Shown here one piece after another: positions 28,743 to 38,051 of a stretch of 62,731 nucleotides of DNA. The DNA is taken from the NCBI GenBank assembly GCA_041309225.1, contig JBFYZZ010000078.1, positions 1 through 62,731 of the forward strand, in the 5' to 3' direction. A program made the position numbers and the translations under genes. Numbering within the stretch: the stretch's first letter is position 1; each line of letters opens with the position of its first letter. The notes beneath the pieces are model-generated. The model was not told the origin of the DNA. It made no database searches and saw only the letters and a list, made by a program, of their open reading frames with translations. The stretch is from Deltaproteobacteria bacterium (lineage in GTDB: Bacteria; Myxococcota_A; UBA796; JAFGLY01).

Positions 28743-28916
28743 ATGGCTCCCACGACCGAGACGTTCCGGTGCATGGCCTGCGGCCACGAGTACGAGGAGC
28801 TCGTGGAGAAGGGCGTGGACCGGGAGCGGCAGTGCCCCCGCTGTCGCTCCAACAGCATCCGCCAGCTCAAGCGGAAGCCCGCGCCGGACGCGGGCGCCGG
28901 GGGATCGGCGACATGA
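28743..28916 (+). CDS. FmdB-type zinc-ribbon mini-protein (57 aa)
   Basis: Not in the supplied ORF track. Hand translation: [57 protein letters not shown]. CxxC...CxxC ribbon. Starts 4 nt after the hdrA stop, and its stop overlaps the next start (ATGA). Confidence 0.55.
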   Translation: MAPTTETFRCMACGHEYEELVEKGVDRERQCPRCRSNSIRQLKRKPAPDAGAGGSAT

Positions 28917-30325
28917 GCGACGAGAAGCCGGTTCTCACCGTCGACTTCGCATTCCGGCGCGAGCTGGCCCGGAAGGTGGAGGGCAACCTCGCCTCCTTCT
29001 GCTACCAGTGCGGGGCCTGCGTGGGGGACTGCCCGGCCGCGGCCTACGATCCGGCCTTCAATCCACGGACCCTCATGCTGGAGGTCCTGTACGGCGCGAG
29101 CGGGCACCTGCTCGGGCCCGACTCGCCGCTGTGGCTCTGCACGAACTGCTACGCCTGCCACGAACGCTGCCCCCAGCAGGTGAAGCCGGTCGAGGTCATC
29201 ATCGCGCTCAAGAACATGCTCCACGACCGGGGCCTGCACCCCCCGGCCGTGGACCGGGTGATCCGGTCGTTCGAGGAGACCGGCCGCACCACGCCGGTCA
29301 CGCCGGCCGTGGAGCGCACGCGGGAGGCCCTCGGCCTCCCCCCGCTCGAGCCCGTGCCGGTGGCGGAGATCCGCGCCCTCCTGGGCGACGACGCCCCCGC
29401 CGAGGCGCCACGGTCGGCACGGCTCCCGGCCCCGCCACCCTCCCCGGCGCGCCGGTTCGCCTTCTTCCCCGGCTGCCTGATCCCCACCCGCATGCCCGCC
29501 ATGGAGCTCGCCATCCGGGAGGCGCTCGCCCGGCTGGAGGTGGAGGTGGTGGACCTGCCCGGGGCCTCGTGCTGCCCGGATCCCATCTACTTCAAGTCGA
29601 GGGACAAGGCCGACTGGCTCGCGGTGGCCGCCCGCAACCTCTCCCTGGCCGAGGATCTCGGGCTCGACCTCTTCACCAACTGCTCGGGGTGCACCGCCAC
29701 GCTGTCCGAGACCGTGCACCTCATGCAGGACCCCGTCCTCCGCGAGCGGACCAACAACCGGCTCGCCCGGATCGGACGGACCTACCAGGGCACCTCCAGG
29801 GTCCGCCACGTGGTCACCCTGCTCCGCGACGTCGTGGGGTACGAGGCGATCCGGGCCTCGGTCGTCCGCCCCCTCGAGGGGCTGAAGGTGGCCATCCACT
29901 ACGGCTGCCACCTCCTCAAGCCCAGCGCCGTCATGAACGTGGACGACCCGGACGATCCGCATGTCCTGGAAGACCTCGTGCGTGCGCTCGGGGCCGAGCC
30001 GGTGCGCCACCGCAACTGGTACCTGTGCTGCGGCAAGGCCTGCCAGGACGAGGACCTCCCGTCGCGCATGATGCGCGATCTCCTCGGCGCGGTCCACGCG
30101 GAGGAGGCCGAGCTGCTCTGCCTCATCTGCCCCACCTGCTTCGCCCAGTTCGACTACGGCCAGGCCCGCGTGGCGAAGCAGTTCGACGCCGACTTCCACA
30201 TGCCTGTCGTATACTTGTTCCAGCTCCTGGCGTTCGCGCAGGGCACGCCCTACGAGCGGCTGGGGTTCGACCGTCAGCGGTTCAAGCCGGAGGCGCTCCG
30301 AAGGTTCGAGACCCCCGGGCCGTGA
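28913..30325 (+). CDS. HdrC-HdrB fusion Fe-S/CCG-domain subunit
   Basis: Part of ORF 27476..30325. Motifs [12 protein letters not shown] and [12 protein letters not shown]. HdrB-like half has [26 protein letters not shown] and ICPTCFAQF. Confidence 0.8.
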   Translation: MSDEKPVLTVDFAFRRELARKVEGNLASFCYQCGACVGDCPAAAYDPAFNPRTLMLEVLYGASGHLLGPDSPLWLCTNCYACHERCPQQVKPVEVIIALKNMLHDRGLHPPAVDRVIRSFEETGRTTPVTPAVERTREALGLPPLEPVPVAEIRALLGDDAPAEAPRSARLPAPPPSPARRFAFFPGCLIPTRMPAMELAIREALARLEVEVVDLPGASCCPDPIYFKSRDKADWLAVAARNLSLAEDLGLDLFTNCSGCTATLSETVHLMQDPVLRERTNNRLARIGRTYQGTSRVRHVVTLLRDVVGYEAIRASVVRPLEGLKVAIHYGCHLLKPSAVMNVDDPDDPHVLEDLVRALGAEPVRHRNWYLCCGKACQDEDLPSRMMRDLLGAVHAEEAELLCLICPTCFAQFDYGQARVAKQFDADFHMPVVYLFQLLAFAQGTPYERLGFDRQRFKPEALRRFETPGP

Positions 30326-30352
30326 TCGAGGCGCCCCGCATCCGGAGGGCCC

Positions 30353-30940
30353 ATGAAAGGCAAGGACGAGACCCTCAAGGACGGGACGGTGGTCCACATC
30401 CGCCGCGTGACGATGCACGACCTCGACCGCCTGATGGCGTTCTACCACGCCCTGCCGACGGAGGATCGCCGTTACTTGAAGTTCGACGTGACGGATCGCG
30501 AGGCGGTCCGCCAGCGCCTCCGCCTCATGCGCGGCGGTCGCCTGCTCCGCATCGCGGCCCTGCTCGACGACGAGGTCATCGGCGACGGCGTCCTTGAGTT
30601 CTCCCCGGAGAGCTGGCGTCGCGACCAGGCGGAGGTCCGGGTGCTGGTGGCCCGTCCGTTCCAGCACCGGGGCGTGGGCAGTGCGCTCATACGCGAGCTG
30701 TACTTCATGGCCATCGCCCGGGGCGTCCACAAGCTCGTGGGGAAGATGATGCGGCCCCAGCACGCGGCCATCGCGATCTGCCACAAGCTCGGCTTCCGCG
30801 AGGAGGTATTGATCCCGGACTACGTCCGGGACGTCTCCGGTCAGCCGCAGGACCTCGTCGTGCTGATCGCCGACATCCAGGACCTGTGGCACGAGCTCGA
30901 GTGGCTCTACCGCGACACGGACATGCGCCGCTGGCAGTAG
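30353..30940 (+). CDS. GNAT-family N-acetyltransferase
   Basis: ORF 30353..30940. Acetyl-CoA-binding-type segment [24 protein letters not shown] precedes the ATG. Confidence 0.8.
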   Translation: MKGKDETLKDGTVVHIRRVTMHDLDRLMAFYHALPTEDRRYLKFDVTDREAVRQRLRLMRGGRLLRIAALLDDEVIGDGVLEFSPESWRRDQAEVRVLVARPFQHRGVGSALIRELYFMAIARGVHKLVGKMMRPQHAAIAICHKLGFREEVLIPDYVRDVSGQPQDLVVLIADIQDLWHELEWLYRDTDMRRWQ

Positions 30941-31006
30941 CGCCGCGCCCTTCCCCCTGCCCCCGGTTTCCGGGTATCCTCCGGGTGACCCTTCCCGGAG
31001 GCTGCC

Positions 31007-31684
31007 ATGCGCTCGCTCCTCCTCCTCCTCGCCCTGCTGCTGGCCGGGCTTCCGGCCTGCGCCACGGACGACACCGGCACGCCGGACGACACCGACGCCG
31101 ACACCGACACCGACGCCGACACCGACGCCGACACCGACGCCGACACCGACGCCGACACCGACGCCGACACCGACGCGGATGCCGACGCCGACACCGATGC
31201 CGACCCCGACACCGACGCGGACGCCGACGCCGACACCGACGCGGATGCCGACGCCGACACCGACGCGGATGCCGACGCCGACACCGACGCGGATGCCGAC
31301 GCCGACACCGACGCGGATACCGACGCCGACGCGGATGCCGACGCCGACGCGGATGCCGACGTGTTCGACGTCGTGGTGTCGGATGTCGATGCCAGCTGCG
31401 GGTCCAGCGGCTCCGAGACGCCGCCCCGCCTCTCGGCACGGGCCACCGGGTCGGGCACCATCTCGGTGCTCCACGAGAACTTCGAGTATGGCTGCTGCCC
31501 CACCATGGAGGTGCGGGCCTCGGGGGACGTGCGTGCCGGCACGATCGCCGCCGAGTACGCCATCCTCAGCGATCCCTGCGACTGCATCTGCCTGCTCGAC
31601 CTGACCTGGACCGGCTCGGGCATCCCCGCGGGCACGTGGACGCTCACGGAGGGCGCGGACAGCACCCCGGTCAAGGTGCCCTGA
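31007..31684 (+). CDS. Lipoprotein with long acidic ([10 protein letters not shown])n repeat and Cys-rich C-terminal domain
   Basis: ORF 31007..31684. [18 protein letters not shown] is a lipobox. About 90 residues consist only of D/T/A(/P). The globular tail has 6 Cys (CGSSG, YGCCPT, DPCDCIC). Confidence 0.7.
   Translation: MRSLLLLLALLLAGLPACATDDTGTPDDTDADTDTDADTDADTDADTDADTDADTDADADADTDADPDTDADADADTDADADADTDADADADTDADADADTDADTDADADADADADADVFDVVVSDVDASCGSSGSETPPRLSARATGSGTISVLHENFEYGCCPTMEVRASGDVRAGTIAAEYAILSDPCDCICLLDLTWTGSGIPAGTWTLTEGADSTPVKVP
31085..31360 (+). repeat. In-frame tandem repeat (12-nt gacaccgacgcc units grading into 24-nt gacaccgacgcggatgccgacgcc units)
   Basis: Read directly. 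Encodes DTDA then DTDADADA periods. It produces long spurious antisense ORFs (for example 28478..31474, 30705..31439, 30907..31698). Confidence 0.9.
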
Positions 31685-31706
31685 CCATCGGGCGTCAATC
31701 CGATCG

Positions 31707-33047
31707 TCAGTCCGGAATCCCGTACTTGCGCAGCTTGTAGCGGAAGGCGTTGCGCTCGAGCCCGAGGGACGCGGCCGCCCGCGCCTTGACCCCGTCGTAC
31801 CGGTCCAGGGCGCGCCGGAGGATCTTCTCCTCCACGGCCTCCATCCAGGCCACGAGATCGAAGTCGCCCTCGGGCACGCCGGGCAGATCCGAGACAGCGC
31901 CCTGGGGCTGACCCTCCAACGGGAGATCGCGGGACGTCACGCGGTCGCCCGGGACGAGCACCGCAACGCGCTCGGCCATGTTCAGGAGCTCGCGGATGTT
32001 GCCCGGCCAGGAGTAGTCGAGCAGGCGCTGGAGCGCGGAGGGATCGAGGGTGGGCAGATCGCGGCCGGCCCGCCGGCAGGCGTGGCGGAGGGCGTTCCCG
32101 AAGAGGAGGAGCACGTCGCCGCCACGGGCCCTCAGGGGGGGGAGCTCGATTGGGATGACGTTGAGGCGGAAGTACAGATCGCGGCGGAACTCCGTGGCGG
32201 TGGCCAGGTCCCGGTGCGTGGCCGCGATGATCCGCACGTCCACCGGGCGATCGCGGGTCTCCCCCACGCGCCGCACGGTCCGTTCCTCGATGGCCCGGAG
32301 CAGGTTCGTCTGGGCCGAGGCGGACAGCTCGGCGACCTCGTCCAGGAACAGGGTACCCCCGTCGGCCGCCTCGAAGAGGCCGGCCCGGTCGGCGGTGGCA
32401 CCGGTGAAGGAGCCCTTGGCGTGGCCGAACAGCTCCGCCTCCACGAGGGTGGATGGGATGGCCCCTGCATTCACGGCCACCATCGGCCCCTTGGCGCGCG
32501 CCGAGTGCTGGTGGATGCGACGGGCGAGCAGCTCCTTGCCCGTCCCCGTCTCCCCCGTGACGAGCACGTTGGCATCGCTCGCCGCCGCGCGATCCGCCCG
32601 CGAGAGCGCCGCCCGGAGGGAGGCCGAGGTACCGACGATGGGATCGGTCTCCGAAGCCCCCACCTGCTTCGCCGCTGCCTGCAGCCGCCGGAGCTCGGCG
32701 GCGTTCCGGACCTGGACCTCCAGCTCCGAGAAGCGGATGGGCTTGGTGAGGAAGGAGAACGCCCCGGCGCGGGTCGCCTCGATCGCGCGGTCGATGGACG
32801 CGAACGCGGTCACGAGGATGACGGGCAGGTCCGGATCGAGCGCGTGGGCCTCCCGCATCAGGCCCATGCCGTCGAGGCCGTCCATCCGCAGGTCGGTGAC
32901 GATGACGTCGGGCATGTCGTTGCCGAGCAGCGTCAGCGCCGCGCGGCCGTCCCCGGCGGTGACGGTGGTGTAGCCGGCGTCGGTGAGGGCCTCGGCGAGG
33001 GCCTCGGCGCTCGGCAGGTGATCATCGACGACGAGCACGCGCGTCAT
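31707..33047 (-). CDS. Sigma-54-dependent response regulator (NtrC family: REC + AAA+ + Fis-type HTH)
   Basis: C-terminal 447 codons of ORF 31707..35801(-). REC domain ([18 protein letters not shown]). Walker [15 protein letters not shown]-type loop as GSFTGA. C-terminal [24 protein letters not shown]. Confidence 0.9.
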   Translation of the reverse strand: MTRVLVVDDHLPSAEALAEALTDAGYTTVTAGDGRAALTLLGNDMPDVIVTDLRMDGLDGMGLMREAHALDPDLPVILVTAFASIDRAIEATRAGAFSFLTKPIRFSELEVQVRNAAELRRLQAAAKQVGASETDPIVGTSASLRAALSRADRAAASDANVLVTGETGTGKELLARRIHQHSARAKGPMVAVNAGAIPSTLVEAELFGHAKGSFTGATADRAGLFEAADGGTLFLDEVAELSASAQTNLLRAIEERTVRRVGETRDRPVDVRIIAATHRDLATATEFRRDLYFRLNVIPIELPPLRARGGDVLLLFGNALRHACRRAGRDLPTLDPSALQRLLDYSWPGNIRELLNMAERVAVLVPGDRVTSRDLPLEGQPQGAVSDLPGVPEGDFDLVAWMEAVEEKILRRALDRYDGVKARAAASLGLERNAFRYKLRKYGIPD

Positions 33048-34447
33048 GGAGCTTCCCGGCGGAGGAGGAGGCGGAACGTGGCGGGGTGGAGGCGGAGGAG
33101 CTCCAGGTCCCCACCGAGGGCACGGCAGATGCGGCGGGCCTGGGGCAGGCCGAGGCCCGTCCCGGAGGCCCGCGTGGTGTGGAACCACTCGAAGATCCTG
33201 CCCACCGCGTCCTCGTCGATGCCAGGACCGTTGTCCTCGACGAGGATCGAACCGGCCTCGATCCGGATCCTGGCGGTGGTGGCACCGGCCTGCTGGGCGT
33301 TGCGCAGCAGGTTCCACAGCACCTGCCGCACGAGGGTCGGATCCGTCCACGCAACCTCGGGGGGCCCCTCCTCGATCCGGATGGCCGTGGGACCGGGGCT
33401 GTCGGTGATGGCCTCGGTGACGACCGCCCTCAGGTTGACGCGGCTGAACTGGGGCTCCACCGGCCGGGAGAGATCCAGGAACCGTCCGACGATGTCCTCG
33501 ATCTCCTTGATGTTCCGGGCCGCTCGGGCGGTGAGCTTGATGCGACGATCGGTGTCCTGGGCGTTGGCCATGATCTCCACGGTGAGGCTCAATGCGTGCA
33601 GCGGGTTGCGCACCTCGTGCGCCACCGCGGCGGCGAGCGTCTGCACCTGGACGACCTGGGCGCTGTGGGCCTGGGCGAGCGCGGCGTCGCGCTCGCGGAT
33701 GGCCCCGAGCAGCGCCCGCACGGACATGGCCACGCCACGGACCTCGACGGGACCGCCCACGTGGATGGCCTCCGGCGAGGCGCCCGGCTGGAGGTGCGAG
33801 ATCTCCCGATCGAGCCGGGCGAGCGGCAGGGTCACGGCCGCCGCCAGGAAGGCGCCCACGATGCTGGTCAGGAGGAGCACGAGGCCCGTCACCGCCAGCA
33901 GGATGGTCTGGACCCGTTCGACCACGTCGAGGAAGGCACCGCTCCCCTCCACGGCGAGCCTCCAGCCGGGGTGCCCGGGCACGGACGTGACCGCGGCCCG
34001 CTGCGACCGCCCGTTCGCGTCGCGGTACACGGGGCCGAGGACGGTGCCGACGCTCCCGGCCGCGAGCTGGGGCAGCGCGGGGATCGGGGCGCTCCACGGA
34101 TGGGCCGGGTCGAGGATCGGATCGCCCGTGGGCGGGAGCAGCGCGGCGGCCTGGAGACCACCCACCACGATCAGGGCGGTGAGCTCGGACGCGATGCGCT
34201 CTCGCAGCTCCGGCCCCCGGGGCCCGTCGACCTCCTCCAGGGGGAACCCCTGGACCGACGTGGCCATCAGCCCCGCCTGGGCCGCCAGCTTCTCGCCCAG
34301 CGCATTCACGAGGGCGACCTCGGCGGTGCTCGACCACACCAGGACGAGGGCGATGGTGACGAGCAGGCCCACGGCCAGGGTGGCGAGCCAGGCCATGAGC
34401 CAGGAGGTCCAGCGATGGACCTTGAGCAGGCGGGACAGGAGGGGCAT
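33044..34447 (-). CDS. Sensor histidine kinase (2 TM, periplasmic domain, HisKA + HATPase)
   Basis: ORF 33044..34447(-). H-box AHEVRNPLHAL. N-box LLRNAQQA. G-boxes EDNGPGID and GTGLGL. ATGA overlap with the regulator gene. Confidence 0.85.
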   Translation of the reverse strand: MPLLSRLLKVHRWTSWLMAWLATLAVGLLVTIALVLVWSSTAEVALVNALGEKLAAQAGLMATSVQGFPLEEVDGPRGPELRERIASELTALIVVGGLQAAALLPPTGDPILDPAHPWSAPIPALPQLAAGSVGTVLGPVYRDANGRSQRAAVTSVPGHPGWRLAVEGSGAFLDVVERVQTILLAVTGLVLLLTSIVGAFLAAAVTLPLARLDREISHLQPGASPEAIHVGGPVEVRGVAMSVRALLGAIRERDAALAQAHSAQVVQVQTLAAAVAHEVRNPLHALSLTVEIMANAQDTDRRIKLTARAARNIKEIEDIVGRFLDLSRPVEPQFSRVNLRAVVTEAITDSPGPTAIRIEEGPPEVAWTDPTLVRQVLWNLLRNAQQAGATTARIRIEAGSILVEDNGPGIDEDAVGRIFEWFHTTRASGTGLGLPQARRICRALGGDLELLRLHPATFRLLLRREAP

Positions 34448-34772
34448 GGTCGAGGGGCCGAGCGGCGGGGGGCATCACCCTCCACCGCGACGTGGTCGGA
34501 CCGGAAGTAGCAAGAAGCGGGCCACTCGATCTGGACGGCTCCGACGTCGTGCGCGACACCCTCGGAGGGAGGTCGTGCGCCGCTGCCGGGCCCGCGGACC
34601 GGCGTTGGGCCCACGTGCTCGTATCACGGATCCGGAGGAATTCTTCCACATGCGAAAAAAAACTGCCCCATGCGCGCACGCCGGGGCGCCATCCCACGGG
34701 GGTCCTGGCACCGGGTTCCGGGGCAGACGCCGACCACCGGATCGGGGGCCCGTGGTGTTCGCCTCGGAGTCG

Positions 34773-34788
34773 TGGCATGATCCTTGAA
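34773..34788 (+). promoter_or_regulatory. Candidate sigma-54 (-24/-12) promoter TGGCATGATCCTTGAA
   Basis: Matches TGGCAY-N5-TTG with correct spacing, but the -12 dinucleotide is GA instead of GC. Lies 25 nt upstream of ATG 34813 and about 330-340 bp upstream of the start (34447) of the divergent kinase/EBP operon. An A8 tract (34655..34662) and a GGAGGAATTCTTCC near-palindrome (34634..34647) lie upstream. Confidence 0.3.
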
Positions 34789-34812
34789 TCCGTAGCCGCC
34801 CTCGGTGACTCG

Positions 34813-37800
34813 ATGTACCGCCCTCTCCTCGCTGTGCTGGTCATCCCGGTGGCTGGTTGCGGAACGAGCGGACCGGAGCTTTCCTCCCTGGAGCCCGGCC
34901 TGGCCTGCGTCGGCGTGGATCCGGTGGAGGTCACGATCCATGGGGAGGGGTTCGCGCCCGGCCTGACCGGCGCCTGGTCCGACGATCCCTCGGGCGCGAT
35001 GCCCCGGGTCGTGCTCGTACGGGAGGGCGCCCTCGACGGGACCCCGGACGGCGCGACCGGCCACGAGGTCCGGATCCGCGCCGTCCGCTGGGCGGACGCG
35101 GGCACGCTCGCCTTCGACCTCGACGCGTCGCTCGGCCTGTCCGAGGGGATCTGGGCCGCCGTGGTCACGAACCCGGACGGGGGTTCCGCCCGCCTGGCCG
35201 GCGCCCTGACCCTCTCGACCGGGCCGGTCGTCACGGACCTCGTCCCGTCCGAGGTCTGCCAGACGGCGTCCGCAACCCCGCTGCACGTGGAAGGCACCGG
35301 CTTCCTCGTCCTCGAGACCCCCCCGGAGGTGCGGGTGGCTGGCCTCCTCCAGCCCCTGGCCGGCACGTCAGGCTGCGCGCCGCTGGGGGGCAGGGCCCCG
35401 GGCGAGGTGTGCACCACCCTCGAGCTGGTGGTGGACGCCACCCTCCTGGCCTTCGGAGAGGCGTCCGTGGACGTGCGGAACCCCGAGCCCGCCGCCTGCG
35501 GCAGCGTCCAGCCCGCCGCCGTGGAGGTGGTCCCACCGCCCGTCGTGCAGGCGGTGGAGCCCGACGCCATGTGCAACGCGGGCGGATCGGTCCGGGTGTC
35601 CGGGGAGGGGTTCGCGGAGACGTCGCGCGTGTTCGTGGGAGGCGTGGAGGCCGCGTCCGTGACGTGGATCGCGGACGACACGCTCGAGGTCGTCCTCCAC
35701 GACGGGATCCCGGAGGGCCTCCAGGACGTGGTCGTCCAGAACGGGGAGGGCTGCACGGGCGAGCTGGCCGACGCGATCGACGTCCTCACCAACCCCGACA
35801 TCTTCCTCGTGGACCCTGCGGTGCTGCTCTCGGGCGAGGCGGTCCGGGCCCGCGTCTACGTGGCCGACGTCTCCGGCGAGCCCTCGCGCCTCTGGCTCGA
35901 GCACGACGCCACGGGCGAGATCCGCGGGCTCGCATTCGGCTGGAGCCACGACGACCCGGGACTCGTGGAGGTCTCCCTGCCCGCCGACCTGGACGTGGGC
36001 ACCTGGACGCTGGGGCTCGACACCACCGTGGGGTGCGACACCACCCTGGAGGCCGCCCTCGAGGTCACGGACGCGCTCGCGATCGCCGTGGAGGGGATCT
36101 TCCCCGCCTTCGCGTGGACCTGGGACTACACCCCCGTGGAGATCCTCGCCACCGACCCACCGCCGCATGGGATGGAGGGGTTCGAGGACGTACCCCGCGT
36201 GTACCTGAGCCCCGCCCTGGGCGAAGGCACGGGGACGGCCCTGGCCGGGACCACCTTCCGCAGTGGCGCCCGCCTCACGGGAGTGGTGCCCTGGGGGCTG
36301 GAACCGGGGCCCTACGACCTGTGGGTCGTGAACCCCGACGGCACCGTCGGCCTGCTGGAGGAGGCCCTGGAGGTCACCGAGGAGCCCCCGCCCCGCATCG
36401 ACGGCGTGGTCCCGGTCTCGCTCTCGTCCGCGCACGACACCGAGGCCGTGATCCGCGGCCGGGACTTCCGCGCCCCGACCGTCACGCTGGAGTGCCTCCA
36501 GAAGGGGGGGGTTACCGCGCTGCCCGTCACCGTCACCGAGGCCCGGTTCGCGTCGATCTCGGTGCTCTTCCCGTCCTCGGACTTCGACCCGGCCGTCTGC
36601 ACGGTGCGGGTCGACAACGCGGACGGCCCCTGGGCCCGGTTCGCCTCCGTGTCCGTGCGCAACCCGGCCCAGAACCTGTTCCCGTGGTCCGCGGGCACCG
36701 CCATGGGCACGCCGCGGCGGGCCCCCGTGGCCCTTGCCGGCCGCACCACCTCGGTGGCCCGCTTCCTCTACGCCCTCGGGGGCGACGACGGCTCCGACGA
36801 CGGCGCCCTCTCCACCGTGGAGCGGGCCGCGGTGGACCTGTACGGGGATCTCGGCTCCTGGGAGCCCCTGCCGGTGGACCTGCCCGCGCCGCTCACCCGG
36901 GCGGCCGGCGCCGTGCTCGAGCGCTTCCTCTACGTGGTGGGCGGGCACGATGGCGCCTCCGCCACGGCCGGGGGCTGGCGGGCGCTCGTACTCGAGCCCA
37001 CCGAGGTACCCCACCTCGTCGACGTGTCCATCGCACGGGCCCACGAGGGTGGGCTGGGCGCCGGGACCTGGGCCTGGCGCGTCTCGGCGGTGTTCCCGGA
37101 GGACGATCCATCCAACCCGGGGGGGGAGTCCCTGGCGTGCGACGCCCTCCCCGTCACCCTCCCGGAGGGCGATCCCCTGGAGGTCGCCCTCGGTTGGGTC
37201 GCGGTGGAGGGCGCCGCCGGCTACCGCGTGTACCGCACGCCGCTGCCCGACGCCGGAACGACCGACATGGGCCTCGTGGCCGTGGTGACGGACGGGAGTC
37301 TCTCCTGGACCGACACCGGCGTGCCGGCCGGTGAGGACGGTCCCCTGCCCGAGGGGGCGCTCGGGCGCTGGGCCGCCCTGCCCGACCTCCCGTCGGCCCG
37401 AGCCTCGCCCTGCGTCACGGTCGCACGCGATCCCCTCATCGATCCAGAGGTGGCCTACCTCTACGTCGCCGGCGGGCGGAGCCCCGCGGGCGACGCCCTC
37501 GACGAAATCGTCTATCTTCCGATCACCGTGGTGACCGAGCGCGAGCACGCCGCCGGCGCGTGGACGCGCCCCTCGGTCGCCCGGCTCGTCGAGGCGCGCT
37601 GGTCGTGCGGCGCGGTGACGCTGGACGACACCCTCCACACCGTGGTGGGGGACGAGTCGTGGATCTACGTCCTGGGCGGCGAGGACGAGGGCGGTGCCCT
37701 GGGGGCCTTCGAGGCGGGCCGGGTCGCACGCGGGGGCGACCTCGAGGCATGGCAGGGCCTGTCCGACCTCACCCCGGCCGCGTCGGGGTTCGGGCCGGCC

Positions 37801-38043
37801 GCGGCCGGCGACGTGCTCTTCGTGCTGGGCGGCATCCAGGGCCAGCCCACGACCCAGGGCATGTCGGGCGAGGTCACGCCCGGCCTCTTCCCCGACGTCC
37901 GCAACTGGAACAACCTGGGCATCGCGCTCACCCAGCCGCGCTACCTGGCGGGCTGCGCCCAGGAGTCGGCGGTCCTCTTCATGGTGGGGGGGCGGACCGA
38001 GACCGCCGCCGCCACAGCGACCACCGACGCCACCGTCTACTAG
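34813..38043 (+). CDS. Large surface lipoprotein with IPT/TIG-like Ig repeats and a Kelch-type beta-propeller
   Basis: Part of ORF 34492..38043. MYRPLLAVLVIPVAGC is a lipobox. Repeated segments of type P-x-V-x-x-V-x-P...V-x-V-x-G-x-G-F (for example PVVQAVEPDAMCNAGGSVRVSGEGF). Six Kelch-like blades (FLYALGGDDG, FLYVVGGHDG, YLYVAGGRSP, IYVLGGEDEG, LFVLGGIQG, LFMVGGRTE). Confidence 0.75.
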   Translation: MYRPLLAVLVIPVAGCGTSGPELSSLEPGLACVGVDPVEVTIHGEGFAPGLTGAWSDDPSGAMPRVVLVREGALDGTPDGATGHEVRIRAVRWADAGTLAFDLDASLGLSEGIWAAVVTNPDGGSARLAGALTLSTGPVVTDLVPSEVCQTASATPLHVEGTGFLVLETPPEVRVAGLLQPLAGTSGCAPLGGRAPGEVCTTLELVVDATLLAFGEASVDVRNPEPAACGSVQPAAVEVVPPPVVQAVEPDAMCNAGGSVRVSGEGFAETSRVFVGGVEAASVTWIADDTLEVVLHDGIPEGLQDVVVQNGEGCTGELADAIDVLTNPDIFLVDPAVLLSGEAVRARVYVADVSGEPSRLWLEHDATGEIRGLAFGWSHDDPGLVEVSLPADLDVGTWTLGLDTTVGCDTTLEAALEVTDALAIAVEGIFPAFAWTWDYTPVEILATDPPPHGMEGFEDVPRVYLSPALGEGTGTALAGTTFRSGARLTGVVPWGLEPGPYDLWVVNPDGTVGLLEEALEVTEEPPPRIDGVVPVSLSSAHDTEAVIRGRDFRAPTVTLECLQKGGVTALPVTVTEARFASISVLFPSSDFDPAVCTVRVDNADGPWARFASVSVRNPAQNLFPWSAGTAMGTPRRAPVALAGRTTSVARFLYALGGDDGSDDGALSTVERAAVDLYGDLGSWEPLPVDLPAPLTRAAGAVLERFLYVVGGHDGASATAGGWRALVLEPTEVPHLVDVSIARAHEGGLGAGTWAWRVSAVFPEDDPSNPGGESLACDALPVTLPEGDPLEVALGWVAVEGAAGYRVYRTPLPDAGTTDMGLVAVVTDGSLSWTDTGVPAGEDGPLPEGALGRWAALPDLPSARASPCVTVARDPLIDPEVAYLYVAGGRSPAGDALDEIVYLPITVVTEREHAAGAWTRPSVARLVEARWSCGAVTLDDTLHTVVGDESWIYVLGGEDEGGALGAFEAGRVARGGDLEAWQGLSDLTPAASGFGPAAAGDVLFVLGGIQGQPTTQGMSGEVTPGLFPDVRNWNNLGIALTQPRYLAGCAQESAVLFMVGGRTETAAATATTDATVY

Positions 38044-38051
38044 GGCTTCCC

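Noticed and set aside
31085-31360. CRISPR-like or other non-coding tandem array
   Set aside because: The units are 12/24 nt with no spacers, stay in frame with ORF 31007..31684, and encode a coherent D/T/A linker behind a lipobox. This is a coding low-complexity repeat.
34706-34720. TGGCAC motif (CTGGCACCGGGTTCCGG) as a sigma-54 promoter; a similar TGGCAC at about 7768 upstream of rnhB
   Set aside because: The -12 element is absent or mis-spaced (TTCC one nt too close; CTGG at 7768). The 7768 site is only about 8 nt from the start codon. The 34773 site fits better.
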